Assembly (NCBI RefSeq): GCF_964355755.1
Contig: NC_092674.1
Span: forward strand, 12,090,001-12,154,000
Source of the DNA: Antedon mediterranea
Lineage: Eukaryota > Animalia > Echinodermata
Direction of reading: 5' to 3'
Length of the DNA stretch: 64,000 bases
In this document: positions 13,374 to 26,500 of the stretch, piece by piece
Layout of the letters: each line of letters opens with the position of its first letter
Position numbering within the stretch: position 1 is the stretch's first letter
Made by a program: the position numbers and the translations under genes
Notes under the pieces: generated by a model
Database searches by the model: none
Told to the model about the DNA's origin: nothing
What the model saw: the letters and a program-made list of their open reading frames with translations, nothing else

Positions 13374-13530
13374 TTTTAAAGAAGATAGTTTATTTTAAAA
13401 GCTGCTTTCGAGTTAACTCACCGCTTGATTCATTCGTATTTTTTGAAAATATTTGAATTTTTCAACTGGTTCTAGTATACGTACTCGGAGCTATTTCGAA
13501 ACACGTCTTTACACCATGACTGCTGCCCTC

Positions 13531-15472
13531 TAAATCATGTATTATGTGATGTTCTTCGGCGCTTAAACAGACACCCAAGCCTCCTAGGCCTAGTAGACGA
13601 AGTACCGCATCCGGGCGGGCGGAGAGACACGAGCACATTGTGGACGTACCTTTCCTTGAACAATTTCCAAGATTTTGCGCCACTATCCTTCGGAGCCGAC
13701 GCAAACCACTCAGCAAGTGTTTGAAAATTAAAAACAGGAATATTATTCAGTGATTTTGTGTAGTTAAACTCACGATTTATCCAACATATACAACATTTAT
13801 GATGCACCTTGCAACAAAAGCACTCGGCAGTCGCCATTTCGCTATGCTTCAACACGCACTAGGCGAGAGGTGTTCGGTTTGTTTACAAATCTATACCCAC
13901 TATTTCTGATTGGTCGCGAGCGAGAAACGTGTCTATTATTCATAAAACACAATGTTTACACATTTCCCATGATCTTCACACGAAAATACATAGGGATCTG
14001 GACTAATTTTGGCATGCGAATTTTGCCCTTATTTAGATATGGCACATATGAAAAATGAAAACGAATTTGTGAATTGTTTTTGAGAAATCTTTTTGTAGAA
14101 ATCTTGCTCTAATGTAAAACAAAAATTTACGTAAATAAATTATTGAATTTAGGAGATACCATTATTTTTCTTAGGGGTTTTTTTCAGGAAGTTCATACAT
14201 GGGAGTTTTTTTTATGCTTTTTAAAAGGCTATAACTCCGATAGTAACGCTTCAAATGCAACCATGGTGCAGGCACGGTTGGTTGAATGGTTGCTTTGCTG
14301 TTTCCATTAACATTATCGTTGGGAATTATGTAATTTCTGTGTAGTGTTTCTAGCATGGTTGAAATTTGAATTTTCTCATGTTATTTGTAATATAGGTGGT
14401 ATAGCTTCTTCAGTCCAAAAATGATTTTTTTTTCGTTAAAACATACTAAAACATATGCCTATATAGATATTAGTATCTAAAATCTACCCTGGTTTGTTTA
14501 TTAGTAATTACCTATTTTCCATAAGTTCAAAATGGCTACCATTTGAACACTTCCTAATTATCTCTTTAACCACTAAGTTTTTTTGTAAAGAATGTTTTAA
14601 ACACATATAAACATTATCCTTAAGATTCAGAATAGTCCAAGAGCATTAGTTCATAAGTATAGGCAGACCCGGAAATTTCTGGTAACAAGCTAATTTTTTC
14701 AGGAAAGGTCGAGAACTATGATTGGAACATCATACTAAAAGTCCCGAAAAATCCTCCTTGTGCTCTCCGAGAAATCCAAGACTGTTGTATTAGACTAAAT
14801 AGAAATGTATATGTTCCAAACAATTTGACACCAAAAGTAATGCTCTACGACAAATATTTCTTGAGATACGGTAAAGAGATATGAATAGGTCAATAAGAGG
14901 TCAATAACCTCACTTCCGGTCATTTTGGGATAAAATATTTCATTACAGCAAATAAAAATATGCATGGTCTGAACAATTTGGGCCTAATCTTAATTCTCTA
15001 TGACAAGCCATTACCGAGATATGATAAGACCAGGTCAAAGGTCAAACTGCCAGAAACTGTAGTAGTGGCCATTTTTTGACAAAATTTTCTTTTAGAGCAA
15101 ATAGGAATGTATATATTGTGAACTATTTGACACCAAAATCGATACCCTACGACAAGCGGTTACAAAGTTATAGACCAATTTAAAATGGCAGCCATTTTGG
15201 ACGCCATCTTGGATTTCTCGGAGAGCACAAGGAGGATTTTTCGGGACTTTTAGTATGATGTTCCAATCATAGTTCTCGACCTTTCCTGAAAAAATTAGCT
15301 TGTTACCAGAAATTTCCGGGTCAAACCCAAATGCTCTTGGACTAGAATAACTAATTTAATTTTGCCTTTGGAGTCTAGGTAAAAGGTCAATTTATTATAC
15401 TATATTAAATTATTTTTTATCTTAAACTTGATTATTTTGAATAAGAATGTAGGTCAAAATATAAATGTGGCC
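13531..15472 (-). mobile_element. Truncated Kolobok-like DNA transposon end carrying the start of a putative YqaJ/lambda-exonuclease-family gene
   Basis: TTAA|GGCCAC terminus on the minus strand (TTAA 15473-15476). ORF 13855->13535 has a Cys cluster and YTKSLNNIPVF...KSWKLFKERYVHNV, which from memory resembles N-termini of Kolobok-associated SWIM/YqaJ proteins. CCAAT at about 13909. Cut off by the L1 5' end. Confidence 0.45.
14633..15344. mobile_element. Non-autonomous Academ-type DNA transposon (712 bp)
   Basis: Termini TAGTCCAAGAGCATT...AATGCTCTTGGACTA, inverted repeats of about 140 bp with a near-perfect core, and a 3-bp TSD GAA (14630-14632 / 15345-15347). TAG termini with a 3-bp TSD fit Academ. 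Confidence 0.85.
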
Positions 15473-15728
15473 TTAAAGCTTTAAAATAACATTTAATCTG
15501 TGCTTTCTTCTAGAGACACAAGGTTAAAGGTCAAATGCTTAAATGACCCTACACATTTTTATTATTATTATTAATAAGCCATTTTAATGTCACAATAGTT
15601 ATTTACTTTAAAAAAAAATTATTGAAACGAAAAATTATTTAACCTAATAAGATCATAATTTAAAAAAAGAGCAGTAAATCATTGTCTGAAATTCAATGAG
15701 TTTGTATTTGAATGATTGTTTTTTGATG

Positions 15729-16411
15729 TTTAGTCGCGTGCAACGCGACTCTACAGCTCACTATGCCGGTCGGTTGGTCGGTTGGTTGGTCAGTCGGTCG
15801 GTAAACACTAACTTGTATATGGCCTTGTCTTGATATCAGTTTCATCTAAAGTCAATTTTCAAGTATATTCCTTATGGTCAGGACTCGATGTGGTTATGTT
15901 TTTTACGGTGCGTAATAAAAAAATTACGCGGTCTACGCACGATTTAACAAAATCACGTTTGTAATCATATCTTCACAAGCATGTATCACAATTAAATAAA
16001 ATTTGGTACTCATAAATTTCAGTTCATATTTCATCAAATGGCAATACAATTACGTGCGTAGCGCATATAACGCATGCGTACGAGCGCTTAACATTTTCAA
16101 AATTGTTAAATTTATTTTCGATAAAATTAGAGTAGGTCTACGTTTTAGGCAATTTTAAGCGTTTAAAAATTGCAATTAGTGCGCAGATTTTTCACGCGCA
16201 CTGCACGTTAAAACATTAATACTCACTCTTTTTTGCCCGATTTCTGTTTTACAACCTTTCTTTAATAATGTCATCATATTTGATTCACTTTCCAGCTCGA
16301 AATTACGTTATATGAGAACGTCAAACGTGACAGGCTACGCACGTGTAAATTTAAAACATTTTCAACATTTTTAAACATGTTCAGCAATTTCGGTCGGTTG
16401 GTCGGTCGGTT
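15729..16411 (+). mobile_element. Helentron-associated (HINE/DINE-1/pearl-like) non-autonomous element
   Basis: TTTAGTCGCGTG start, (GGTC/GGTT)n microsatellite and TATATGGCCTTGT motif, followed by a core of about 580 bp that is the reverse complement of 41800-42370. Confidence 0.7.
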
Positions 16412-16899
16412 CAATATCTGATTTTAGTATTCTGTATTTTTTTGCATAAAAGAAAGGGACTGTAAATTATAAACGTAATATCATTTATAGTATACGATTA
16501 GATCATAGTTCAAGAATTTAGTGTTTCACTCCAATGAAGTACATAGTGACCAAGTTGTTCGATCAAACCCGATATATTATAGAAAAGACAACTTCACCTA
16601 GAAGGGACACAGACCAAGGCTATCAAATTGTTTGATAGCCTTGCTCACTAGACTAATCCAATGGTCTAATCTGTTGGCCAGGGGAAGATTAACAAAATCA
16701 GGAGACACCTCAACATTGACACGGCCACAAGTTTGAGGATTGAAGTAGTGAAGGGAAAAACAGGTTACAAGGAACAAAATACAGTACATGGGATATGAGA
16801 GGTCTACACTACGTACATTTGTTGGTATCCTTATATGTATCCAGTGAACACAAACACCGATGTTGAAATTAAATATTCTCATCCCTAAGGTGGGATTTT

Positions 16900-18240
16900 A
16901 ACGCATCTCTATTTATACCAATCAGTTCCACAGTTTTGGCGGATTTGGGGGTAGGGAACAAAAACATCTGTAAGTGAAGTTTTCCTTTCTAATAATTGTT
17001 GGTATCAATGTATAAAACAATGTCTGTTTATTTTGATGTAGGCCCCTAAGTTGATTGTAAGTAGATAATTAATGACGTCACATAAGGACATAAGGTTATG
17101 CTTTTTTAAAGATGTATTGTCCCCCAAAAACATTCAAAATGAAGAATAATTACATCAGATTTAAGAAGTTAATTGCGTAGAAAAAAAACCGAAAACAAAA
17201 TTATATTTTCACTAAAATTACAACAAAAAAATCGTTAAATTCAACCTGGCAGCCAATTTGACTATTTTTTGCTTTAAATTAGAATTTTTTCAGGTAAATA
17301 ATTATTTTGTTCGATCCAAGTTTAGGTCTAAGTGCATAACTATTTTATGATGGCATATTCAACAACAAAATTTAAAATATATATATTTTTCAGGGGGATA
17401 ATACATCTTTAAATAATGAACATTTCCATATCTAAAACATGTAAATATTATTTTTGTAATATATCTAAAATTCTCATATATATCATAATATATGATAGGC
17501 CTCCCTATACTCTAATTCATTTAAGCATCGTACGCATATATGTTTATAGGTATGAATATGTACGTACAAACGTTAACAAAACTCTGAGTTATAGATTTTT
17601 AAACAATTTTGGGTATGTTTAATAAAAAATAGCCATAAGTACAGTTTTTTCTTGCTCAAACATTTATTTCTTTATATCAATGTATAGAGTACTGTCTGCT
17701 CTACCTGTCGGTTTTAATATTTGATTCAATTTGCATTCAGTTCAAATTTTTTGCCATTACTTTACAAATAACATATCCTGAAATCAGAAAAAAATACAAA
17801 CTTTTGTGACAACATCAGTAAAACAAAAATAGACGTTGTGAAGCTCCAAATTTTGGCAAAAATTTGATTTTTTACCACAAGTAAAAACAACCCTATTGAA
17901 AATAAATGGTACGGTCCATTGCCATGCCCGACCAACAATTTTTTTTTGCTTTCAGTTTGTTTATAAGTCTTTCGTCATCTTGTCTGTATTAACAATTAAA
18001 TTCGATTTCAACAATCCGTGTATTGAAATCAACGTTTAACTTATTTGACAGTGAAATAATAGAAAAAAATTACAAGAAAATGCTCAAATTTTAAAAATGG
18101 CCGTTACTATGGCAATAAGATACATAATATCCAAAATGATTTTATCGGTGCATGTTTGAACCAAACCTCTTTCATTGCGCAATTTTTAAAGAAAATATTG
18201 TTTTGGCCACCTAAAAGTCGATATTTATAGACAGCTGCTT
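16900..18240. mobile_element. Degenerate TTAA-type (Kolobok-like) non-autonomous element hosting the 17110 MITE
   Basis: Right end ATAGACAGCTGCT|TTAA; the putative left end TTAA|CGCATCTCTAT matches it only loosely. Confidence 0.3.
17110..17408 (+). mobile_element. Kolobok-type MITE, AGATGTATTGTCCC family
   Basis: TTAA|AGATGTATTGTCCCCC...GGGGGATAATACATCT|TTAA. Confidence 0.85.
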
Positions 18241-19139
18241 TAAAGTTTCAGACACTTGTATGTACGGACTTACTGCCTGCATCGATCAGTAATTTATATT
18301 TTCCCGCGATTGTGGGAAGAAATGCAAGTCAAGGACTAATTTTTAATGGATAATTTTTCAACATTTTTTTTAAAACTTGATGATGATGATGAATGAATTT
18401 CTTGCAATAGATGCTATACAATATTTAATCTCACTACTTTTCGTATACAGTTTACTAATAATGTCAGAAAAAGAAACAATATTCTGTTTTTAAACACCTA
18501 CAGATATTCGAAAAAGTCAAATTTAACTATGCAAATTATAAATCGTTTGTACTTGTCTAGGTCTCAGTGTATTTTTTTTTTGTATACTTATATTTTTTAA
18601 GCAATGTGTAATAGCATACATCACAGATCGATGGGATTCCAAAGTAATATCCTTCGGTCGACCGGTTCACTCGACGAGGGTAACCTATTACATATGACAC
18701 AAAACAACCCAACGTGAGCAATTTGCAAAGATAAGAATTTTCTTATTAATTCTAAATTTTTTTTTAATACACACAGTTATATACAACATATTTTATCTCA
18801 TAATATTTTAATTTTCAAGCAAAAATTATTTCAATCTTAAATTATTGATTGATTGATAGGTTTATAAAATACTTCCCATATTGTATTTACCATCAATTAG
18901 ATATCACCTTCAAGGCGACACATTTTTCTCATGTCCTGATTAGAGTGGTTTGTGGGTGTATGTGGGTGTATTTATTTATCTAACCAAGCCATTGATAATT
19001 CTACCATGTATTGATTTAATAATATCTGATACGATAAACTTCATTTGACTTTTAGCCTGTATGTGTTAATTTTGTAGGAATCACACAGTCCGCATAATTT
19101 TATATACATGAACTTCCCTGTATCTTTTCAAGTTGTTAA

Positions 19140-19765
19140 AGCCCCATTCCCTACGTTTTTTAGATCTAATTTAAGATCACAAACTATATTTAATGTAAAA
19201 ATAATACTATATGGTCCTATTGCGATAACTTTTTTCGTCTTTAAACGGTTAAAAATGTGAAAAATAAATCGATTTTAATAATTATAGCGGCCCGCTATAA
19301 ATCCCAAAATGCATTGCGCGCGGATTGATATTGTTGTTTTTCACCTGTAATTCGCCCACTTTTCGATCGATCGTGAAGCCAAAACAAATGGAAGACTCCT
19401 AACTTTTCAGCGAAAATACCGGGTTTTCCCCAATTTGTATCAACGGAGTCTGGCAAAAATAGAAAGACAATTAATGCAGCAACTATACAACGTCAGGCTA
19501 GGTATATAGCTAGCGTACGATGTTCGTACGTTACCGATGTTTACCAGCTAGGCCTACAAAACTAAGCCTAGCTAGGCTAGGCCTGAGACCGTCCACGAGA
19601 GGTCAATCGCCGCGAGCTACTTAGGTAGTGCATTGTTTCTCACTTTTTATCATAATTTACCATAAAACGTACATTTAAGACAAGGAATGACATGGTTTAA
19701 TGTTTTTAAAGTGATATATATGTATTATTTTCCAAAAAACGTCCAAAATTGCAGGGAAGGGGTCT
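19140..19765. mobile_element. Kolobok-type MITE, second family
   Basis: TTAA|AGCCCCATTCCCTAC...GCAGGGAAGGGGTCT|TTAA with imperfect 15-bp TIRs and a GC-richer interior. Confidence 0.7.
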
Positions 19766-20099
19766 TTAATGTTAATTTGTACTCATTTATTCCTAAGCTG
19801 TGTAGCATATACACTCTTAAGAGTAGAAAAAAACGAAAATAAGATAATATAAAGAGTAATAATAGAAGAAAAATATTTTATTTTAAATTTAAAGGTGATG
19901 TGACAGTAAGTTCCAATTGAATTGGAACGAATTAAATACAATGCATAGTGTCTAATCAATAAATAATATTTAATATTTATAATATTTGTTCAGTTTCAAT
20001 ATTTCTAAATTTCACCCAACCACCAGGACAAAATAAAACCTTTTTTTTTTAAGTTTCGAAGTCATTTTCGAAGTTTTCATAGGAATTACCGCAATACAG

Positions 20100-20445
20100 G
20101 CGGAATAAACACACACTTTCATTAAATATAATCCTATTATCTTGTATAACATGTAGGCCTAATAATGTAAACAAAAACTTGGACTAGATCAAGTCAAAAG
20201 TTATCGGTGCTATATAATTAGTTTTATCAAAGATATTAGTTGCTTACGTCTGTGCAACCCACAGTCATAGATAAACCCACAATTGTATTTGTTCTTACCT
20301 GAATATCAGATGGGAAAGATGGTTATATTTATACAATGTATCTAAGAACTAATAAATGGGGGAAATTAAACAAATAAATAATTCACTTTGCCGACATCGT
20401 CTATCTAGATAATCAAAATCAATATTCATGATATAAAAAGAATCT
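20100..20445 (+). promoter_or_regulatory. Putative TATA promoter of the polyglycine gene, with clustered GATA motifs
   Basis: TATAAAA at 20432-20438, about 135 bp upstream of ATG 20570. GATAA/TTATC motifs at about 20138, 20201, 20224, 20270 and 20408. Confidence 0.5.
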
Positions 20446-20569
20446 CGGAACACGTTTTTGGTAGATCAGTTTGTAAATCGAAGGGCCTAGACAAGCTAAA
20501 CTTGGGCTTTATACATTTAGAGAAAGTTAGCTGTATTGCACCCGTTTGGGTGTGCAAGGAGCCGGAAAA

Positions 20570-23500
20570 ATGAGACGGTTAATATTGGTGGCGTTAGGCC
20601 TGGCAATGGTTCTAGTGTATACTTCAGGTTTTCCAGTGAAAAAGAGTAAGGAGGTAAGAGAATGTATTTATGTATTCACGTACTAACTTTAATTTTCCCA
20701 CGATTGCCTAAAAACAAGGCTTAACTTTACAGTGTTCATTACGACACTGTGATAAGTGAGTACCTAAGCTTTAAACGTAGTCTTAAAACATATCTTGATA
20801 ACAATTCTTGTTCATGTTTTTATTTCAACAAAACTTGATTACAAGAATTTTCCTTTTATCAACCGTCCTCTTCTTCTTCTTTACCGGCCGCTCCAAACAA
20901 TAGTTCTGTTGCCTGAGTGTGCGTAGGCTTATGATTCGGAATCGTTGTATCACTTTAAATTATCATGAACCTCCATTGGCTCTTCCAATTATTATGTTAA
21001 CGTTTGAAGCATTATTTTTTTCCTCCTGTCCATCTTTATATCAGCCAACCTTTCCTCGACATATTCGATCTCGTCGACTTTGTTCCACTGACAGATCGTT
21101 GCTATCAGTTCATGTGTCCGTACTATGACCTCATATGAACGTACCTTTTCTTTCGTTCAAATATCTATTTGGAACTAACTTCAAAATGTTGTCAAACATT
21201 TACCCACTTAAACTAACTTTGACTTTATCATTTTTGCTAATTAATAATAATGAATAAAACAAAAAGATAGCTGTCTCCTGGACTGCAAATAAATTTAACA
21301 AAATCCTTCGTAAGCATTGTAGGCTTATGAAATTGGCGAAATGAATGCTATGTGATCGCGTTGATGCTCAAAAAGATAAAAAATAGCCTATTCCGATATT
21401 ATGAGTAGCAGTAAAATCATTATACGTAACCGTTATTACCTGATAATAGTATTATCCCGCAATACAATTTTCATAAAATGTAGGCGTATGGGTATGTTTC
21501 TTATTACAGTAGAATTAGTTTTTACATTCCATACAGAGCATAAAACAGCTAGTGAATGTTCTTGGCTCACTGTCAGCCAGCTGATGCATGCTTCAAATTC
21601 ATGTTAATCATAAAATCTTCCTTTGTAGTTGACGTACCAAAAAAATGAAAATGCAAAATATAGGTTTCCTATTCTTATTTGTACCATCTTGTGAAACAAC
21701 TCTACCAACAAAGGCTAGAATTCATTAGCTCCTCTCATGTACCTATCCCTATCATACGACTCTTGTACAAAACTGAGACATTTAAACTGCTTTAAGCTGA
21801 TTCGTTCCGCCGCCCTAATATATAATATATATATATATATCTCGTGGAAAATGGTTTCAGTGGTAAATTATAATAGAATCGTACGATTTGAATTCGTACC
21901 TGATTTGGACTCCGAATCCGGAGCGATGGATCAAGAATACTACTGAATGTTCCTATGTATAATATACTGAAGACATCTAGATAAATTACCGAGAGAATCG
22001 GGTGCATAAATTGGAATTGTATTATCGTTGGTACTGCTATATAACAGTCTATGGCATGCGTTTGATCTCATACTTTACAAACACATTTTATTTTAAAGAT
22101 GTATTGTCCCCCAAAATCATGAAGAATGCAGATTTTTTAAATCTGACTTTGAATAGGCCATTTTGCAGTTTTAATGAAGTTGTTTCCATAAGAAAAAAAA
22201 ACGAGAAAAAAAAATGATTTCACCTATAGAAAGACAAAACAGTTAAACAGTTAAATTACCCCAAAACTCATTGTCTTCCAGCCAATTTGACCATTCATTT
22301 GCTTTAAATTACAGTTTTCTTAGGTAAATAATTTTTTTTCAGACCCATTTTTTTGTGAAAGTGAATAACTATTATGTGACATTAAAATAACATATTCAAC
22401 AAAACAATTAAAAACAATATTTTTCAGGTGGACAATATATCTTTAAGTTCTTTTTATTTTACATATTAGGCCTACTGTACTATAGATTTTCTTTCTTTTC
22501 TTTAAAATCATATTATTATTATTATTATTGCCATGAACTCTTTGGTCGATCATATTATTATCCCACACTAATTTCACTAAAACGTTCCACTTTACTTATC
22601 AGTATTTAAATGATATTGACCAATCAAATTTGTTTTTATTATACACACTTGCCCTGCTTCTTTGTAAGTAAATACATTTATCTGTAACTGCCTGCCTACA
22701 CTAAACCTGATAATCAGTGCTTAACTACTTTACAGTGGTGAATTGTAGTTTTACCACCCACTATTTCATGATAAATACGCTTTAAATGTCATTTATTTGT
22801 ACTGTGAAATATAAAACCCAACAATGGTGTCTCTCAATTTAAATTTGTTATTATTCTAATGATTATGAGGGTGGCTAATCTATCTGTCAATAGATGATAA
22901 TTATGCCTGTTTTAATAATCTTGTTTGTGCAAATAGAACTAATTTTGAGATGCAGTAACACGCACATAGACAGCGATCCTAATGATTGTCTGTTATGCCT
23001 TTACCTTCTTGAAGTCATATTTTAGGTCAACCACCTAGTATATACCATACGTAAAAATAAAATACGTATATAATCATTCGTAATACCATTTTTCCTAAAT
23101 TTAGAAAACTATAAATTCAAACTTATCTGTTACGTGTTGTGACACCGATACGTAGATGCGTATATACGTGAGTATGAACTCTCAAATAACGAACACACAA
23201 ACGTAAGAAAATCTACAACTAACATAACAATCCCATTAACCAGACACAATTCAATCACTAACTTAAAATCAATAATTATAACCTACGTAAACAGTTTTTA
23301 CGAAGTTTAACCATTTTTTAAAGTAAGCTTGTATTTTTTTTATGTGGTACTTGGAAATCCAGGACTCGATTATCATGTTTTGTCTGTTTGTCTCCTCTTT
23401 TTAACCGTTTTACAGAAATTGGTTTTCGATTCTGTTTTTTTTTTACATTTGTCTGTCTGTCAATTATTTTAATCTTTAGACAAGAGTCTTAATTTTTAGA

Positions 23501-26500
23501 CTATTATAAATGTTGGTATTTGCGTTTCAATCATCGTTCTTTTAAATCTTTATCTTCAGTCTGTCTTAGTTTTGCTGTCCAGACATCAAATCCCTAATTG
23601 CCTTAAATGTATTGCTTTGCATGTTACTAAGCTTGTATTAGGATCATCAATAATTCCATATACACGTAGTGGTCTCCGTCAAGGAGCTCATAGGTCATGC
23701 TTTTAAGTCACAACGCGACTCTACAGCTTACTATATCGGTCGGTTGGTCGATAAACACTAACTTGAGCACGCGACTGCATATATGGCCTTGTTATTACTT
23801 ACAGTAAACCTTATCCGTGGGTTTGCAGGCAAATTTGCACCAGATGGTTTTCTTAAATCATTATACACTACACTATTATTTAATGTTAATGGATGATACC
23901 GTTATATTAGCTACATCTCGAGATAAATGTCTGGCTAAGTTAGATCATTTAATGCAATTATGTACCAACTCGGGTATGATTATTAATGAAACGAAAACCA
24001 AGTTGATGGTTAATAAAAATGATAAATTAAATGAACATTGTATGTATAACTGGGTGCAACAGTTATATAAGATGGCCGGTTGGAATCATTCTTATATTAA
24101 GCGGAGCCACCTATTTAAAGTGTAGCATTTGTTCGTAAAAATTGTAACTATACCCATTTAATATTAAAAAAAAAAATTCCTCGATGCTGCTTTAATGTCC
24201 AGTATCTTATATAGTTGTGAATCACGGATGTCAAATTTATTTAAATCTTTTCAGGAATTATATATTTCAGCGATAAAGGCGCTCTAAGGAGTTAGATCAT
24301 CCATAGCTATTAATATTGTTTGGTTGAACTAGGTTATCCGTCAATTGGCGGCATGGTAAAGCAGGTTCAATGTAAGTTTTTAAATAAAATATTAACTGAA
24401 AGGTAGAATATGAGTGACGACCCGTTCGTGTTGGCACAATATCTCGTTTAGCTCAAACTTAATTTTATCGTTATGCTTGTAGTATTTTAGAGATTCCTGA
24501 TCATCACAATAATGATATAGCAATTTGTAATAGTGTGTTAGAATTCACGCGTACTAAACTTAATAGTACATATCGTCTCACTTTAAATCCTTCTTTTGAT
24601 ATTCATCCAATGTATTTTGATCATAATATACACTTGCGCATGAGCTTTCTCATGTTTACGACTTATATTGCATAGCAGATTCTTAGAATATAATCTTGCA
24701 CGCCACCCCGTGAACGTCTTTGTAATGCTTGGTTCCCACTTGAGACGCAACATAAGGACGTACAGCAACGTAAGTGAGTTAACCAATCACAAGCGATGGA
24801 TTATTCGAACAACCGCTTGCCATTGGTCAATACATTTGCGTTGCGTTTACGTCCTTGCGTTACGTCCTAGTAAGAACCAAGCGCAAGCCCAAGTGCAGAC
24901 AGATCGTCACGCATTGTGTAAATGCCCATTTACTACACACATACACCAAACTTGTAATATACATTGTGATTTTATTTTCTATTGAACCTTCAGTACTGTC
25001 AACATTTGTTTTCGAAGTTCTTAAAGTTTGTGACAATATTGTTTATTATTGCTATTTTCATGGTTAGTTGTACCGTACTATTTGTGTGCCATGTTTGACA
25101 ATGTTATCCCCAATTGTCAATAAAGAAATAATAATAAAAATAACCATGAGATATACACATTATTTTTCGACGGGAAAAGGAGTTAAGTCTTTGCTATAGA
25201 GTTCCATTGTCATACTTGTATGTCTGTATGTACATATGTATATAGTAATGGTAAGCAATACAGTTTAACTTACAACCTCGACTATGCAGAAACTCTGGTT
25301 TTCTTAGTGTACATCCAATAATTATTATGGTAAAACATACGTTACTACATCCAAGAATCCATTTTTTTTTATTGTGGGAGCTGAACCAAACCATTCATTC
25401 TGTCCTGCACACACAAAAATGATTCTGTTTTCATTAACCGATTTAGTGGAACACATTTCTTTACGGCCTTGATAACTTAGAATTGATTTTGTCCTATCAA
25501 ATATTGTTAATGTTAAATGCTATTGTGTTAACACTATAAACTTATGTATTTTTTAACGTCTTCATTAATATATTTCATTCCACAGGACGAAATTGAAAGC
25601 AGTTTAATTCAAGAAATTGATCGATACTTGGAAGAGAAAAGAGGAGGAGGAGGAGGAGGTGGAGGAGGTGGTGGTGGAGGAGGAGGTGGTGGTGGAGGTG
25701 GGGGAGGAAACAATAAAGGAGACAATGGAGGAGGAGGTGGAGGTGGTGGTGGAGGAGGAAACAAAGGAGGTAAAGGAGGAGGTGGCGGCGGTGGCGGAGG
25801 AGGAGGAAACAATGGAGGTGGTGGCGGTGGAGGAGGAGGAGGAGGAGGAGGAGGAGGAGGAGGAGGAGGAGGAGGAGGAGGAGGAGGAGGAGGAAACAAA
25901 GGTGGCAACGGAGGTGGTGGCGGAGGAGGAGGAGGTGGAGGAAACAATAAAGGAGGAAATAAAGGAGGTGGTGGTGGTGGTGGAGGAGGAGGAGGTGGAG
26001 GAAACAAAGGAGGCAACGGAGGTGGTGGCGGCGGAGGAGGAGGAGGTGGAGGAAACAATAAAGGAGATAATGGAGGCAATGGGGGTGGCGGGGGAGGTGG
26101 TGGCGGAGGAGGAGGAAACAAAGGAGGTGGTGGTGGAGGTGGCGGCGGTGGCGGAGGAGGAGGAAACAATAAAGGAGAAAATGGAGGAGGAGGAGGTGGT
26201 GGTGGTGGTGGTGGTGGTGGTGGAGGAGGAGGAAACAAAGGAGGTAAAGGAGGAGGTGGCGGCGGTGGTGGAGGAGGAGGAGGAAACAATAAAGGAGATA
26301 ATGGAGGCAATGGGGGAGGCGGTGGAGGTGGTGGCGGCGGGGGAGGAGGAAATAAAGGAGGCAGCGGAGGTGGTGGCGGAGGAGGAGGAGGTGGTGGAAA
26401 CAATAAAGGAGATAATGGAGGAAATGGAGGTGGTGGTGGTGGTGGCGGAGGAGGTGGAGGAAGCAAAGGAGGCAGCGGAGGTGGCGGTGGTGGAGGAGGA

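Larger units (their letters stand above)
6818..13528 (-). mobile_element. Near full-length L1/Tx1-clade LINE with a CR1/L2 fragment nested between ORF1 and ORF2
   Basis: Poly(A) tail (T-run 6818-6835) with overlapping AATAAA, ORF2 at 10798->6978, ORF1 at 13373->about 12523, 5' end near GGGCAGCAGTCATGG (13528). No TSD found, so ORF1 and ORF2 belonging to one element is an inference. Confidence 0.75.
23590..25140 (+). mobile_element. Old degenerate non-LTR retrotransposon 3' half with nested small elements
   Basis: GLRQG (about 23670), LMLMDDTVILATSR and GMIINETKTKLMV (RT motifs C-D), SILYSCESR, and an A-rich tail after AATAAA at about 25119. Confidence 0.7.

Noticed and set aside
11644-13493. 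13-bp inverted match TAGCTCCGAGTAC (11644-11656) / GTACTCGGAGCTA (13481-13493)
   Set aside because: Could mark a template switch at the CR1 junction, but it is too short, does not extend and has no TSD, so I do not call it an element.
16595-16880. Coding-like patch with hairpin AAGGCTATCAAA-TTG-TTTGATAGCCTT
   Set aside because: Possibly a decayed LINE 3' piece (LEGTQTKAIKL), but too degenerate to assign.
25544-25585. ORF-track start MYFLTSSLIYFIPQ for the glycine-rich protein
   Set aside because: It is the intron's pyrimidine tract and ends in CAG; the better-supported start is at 20570.
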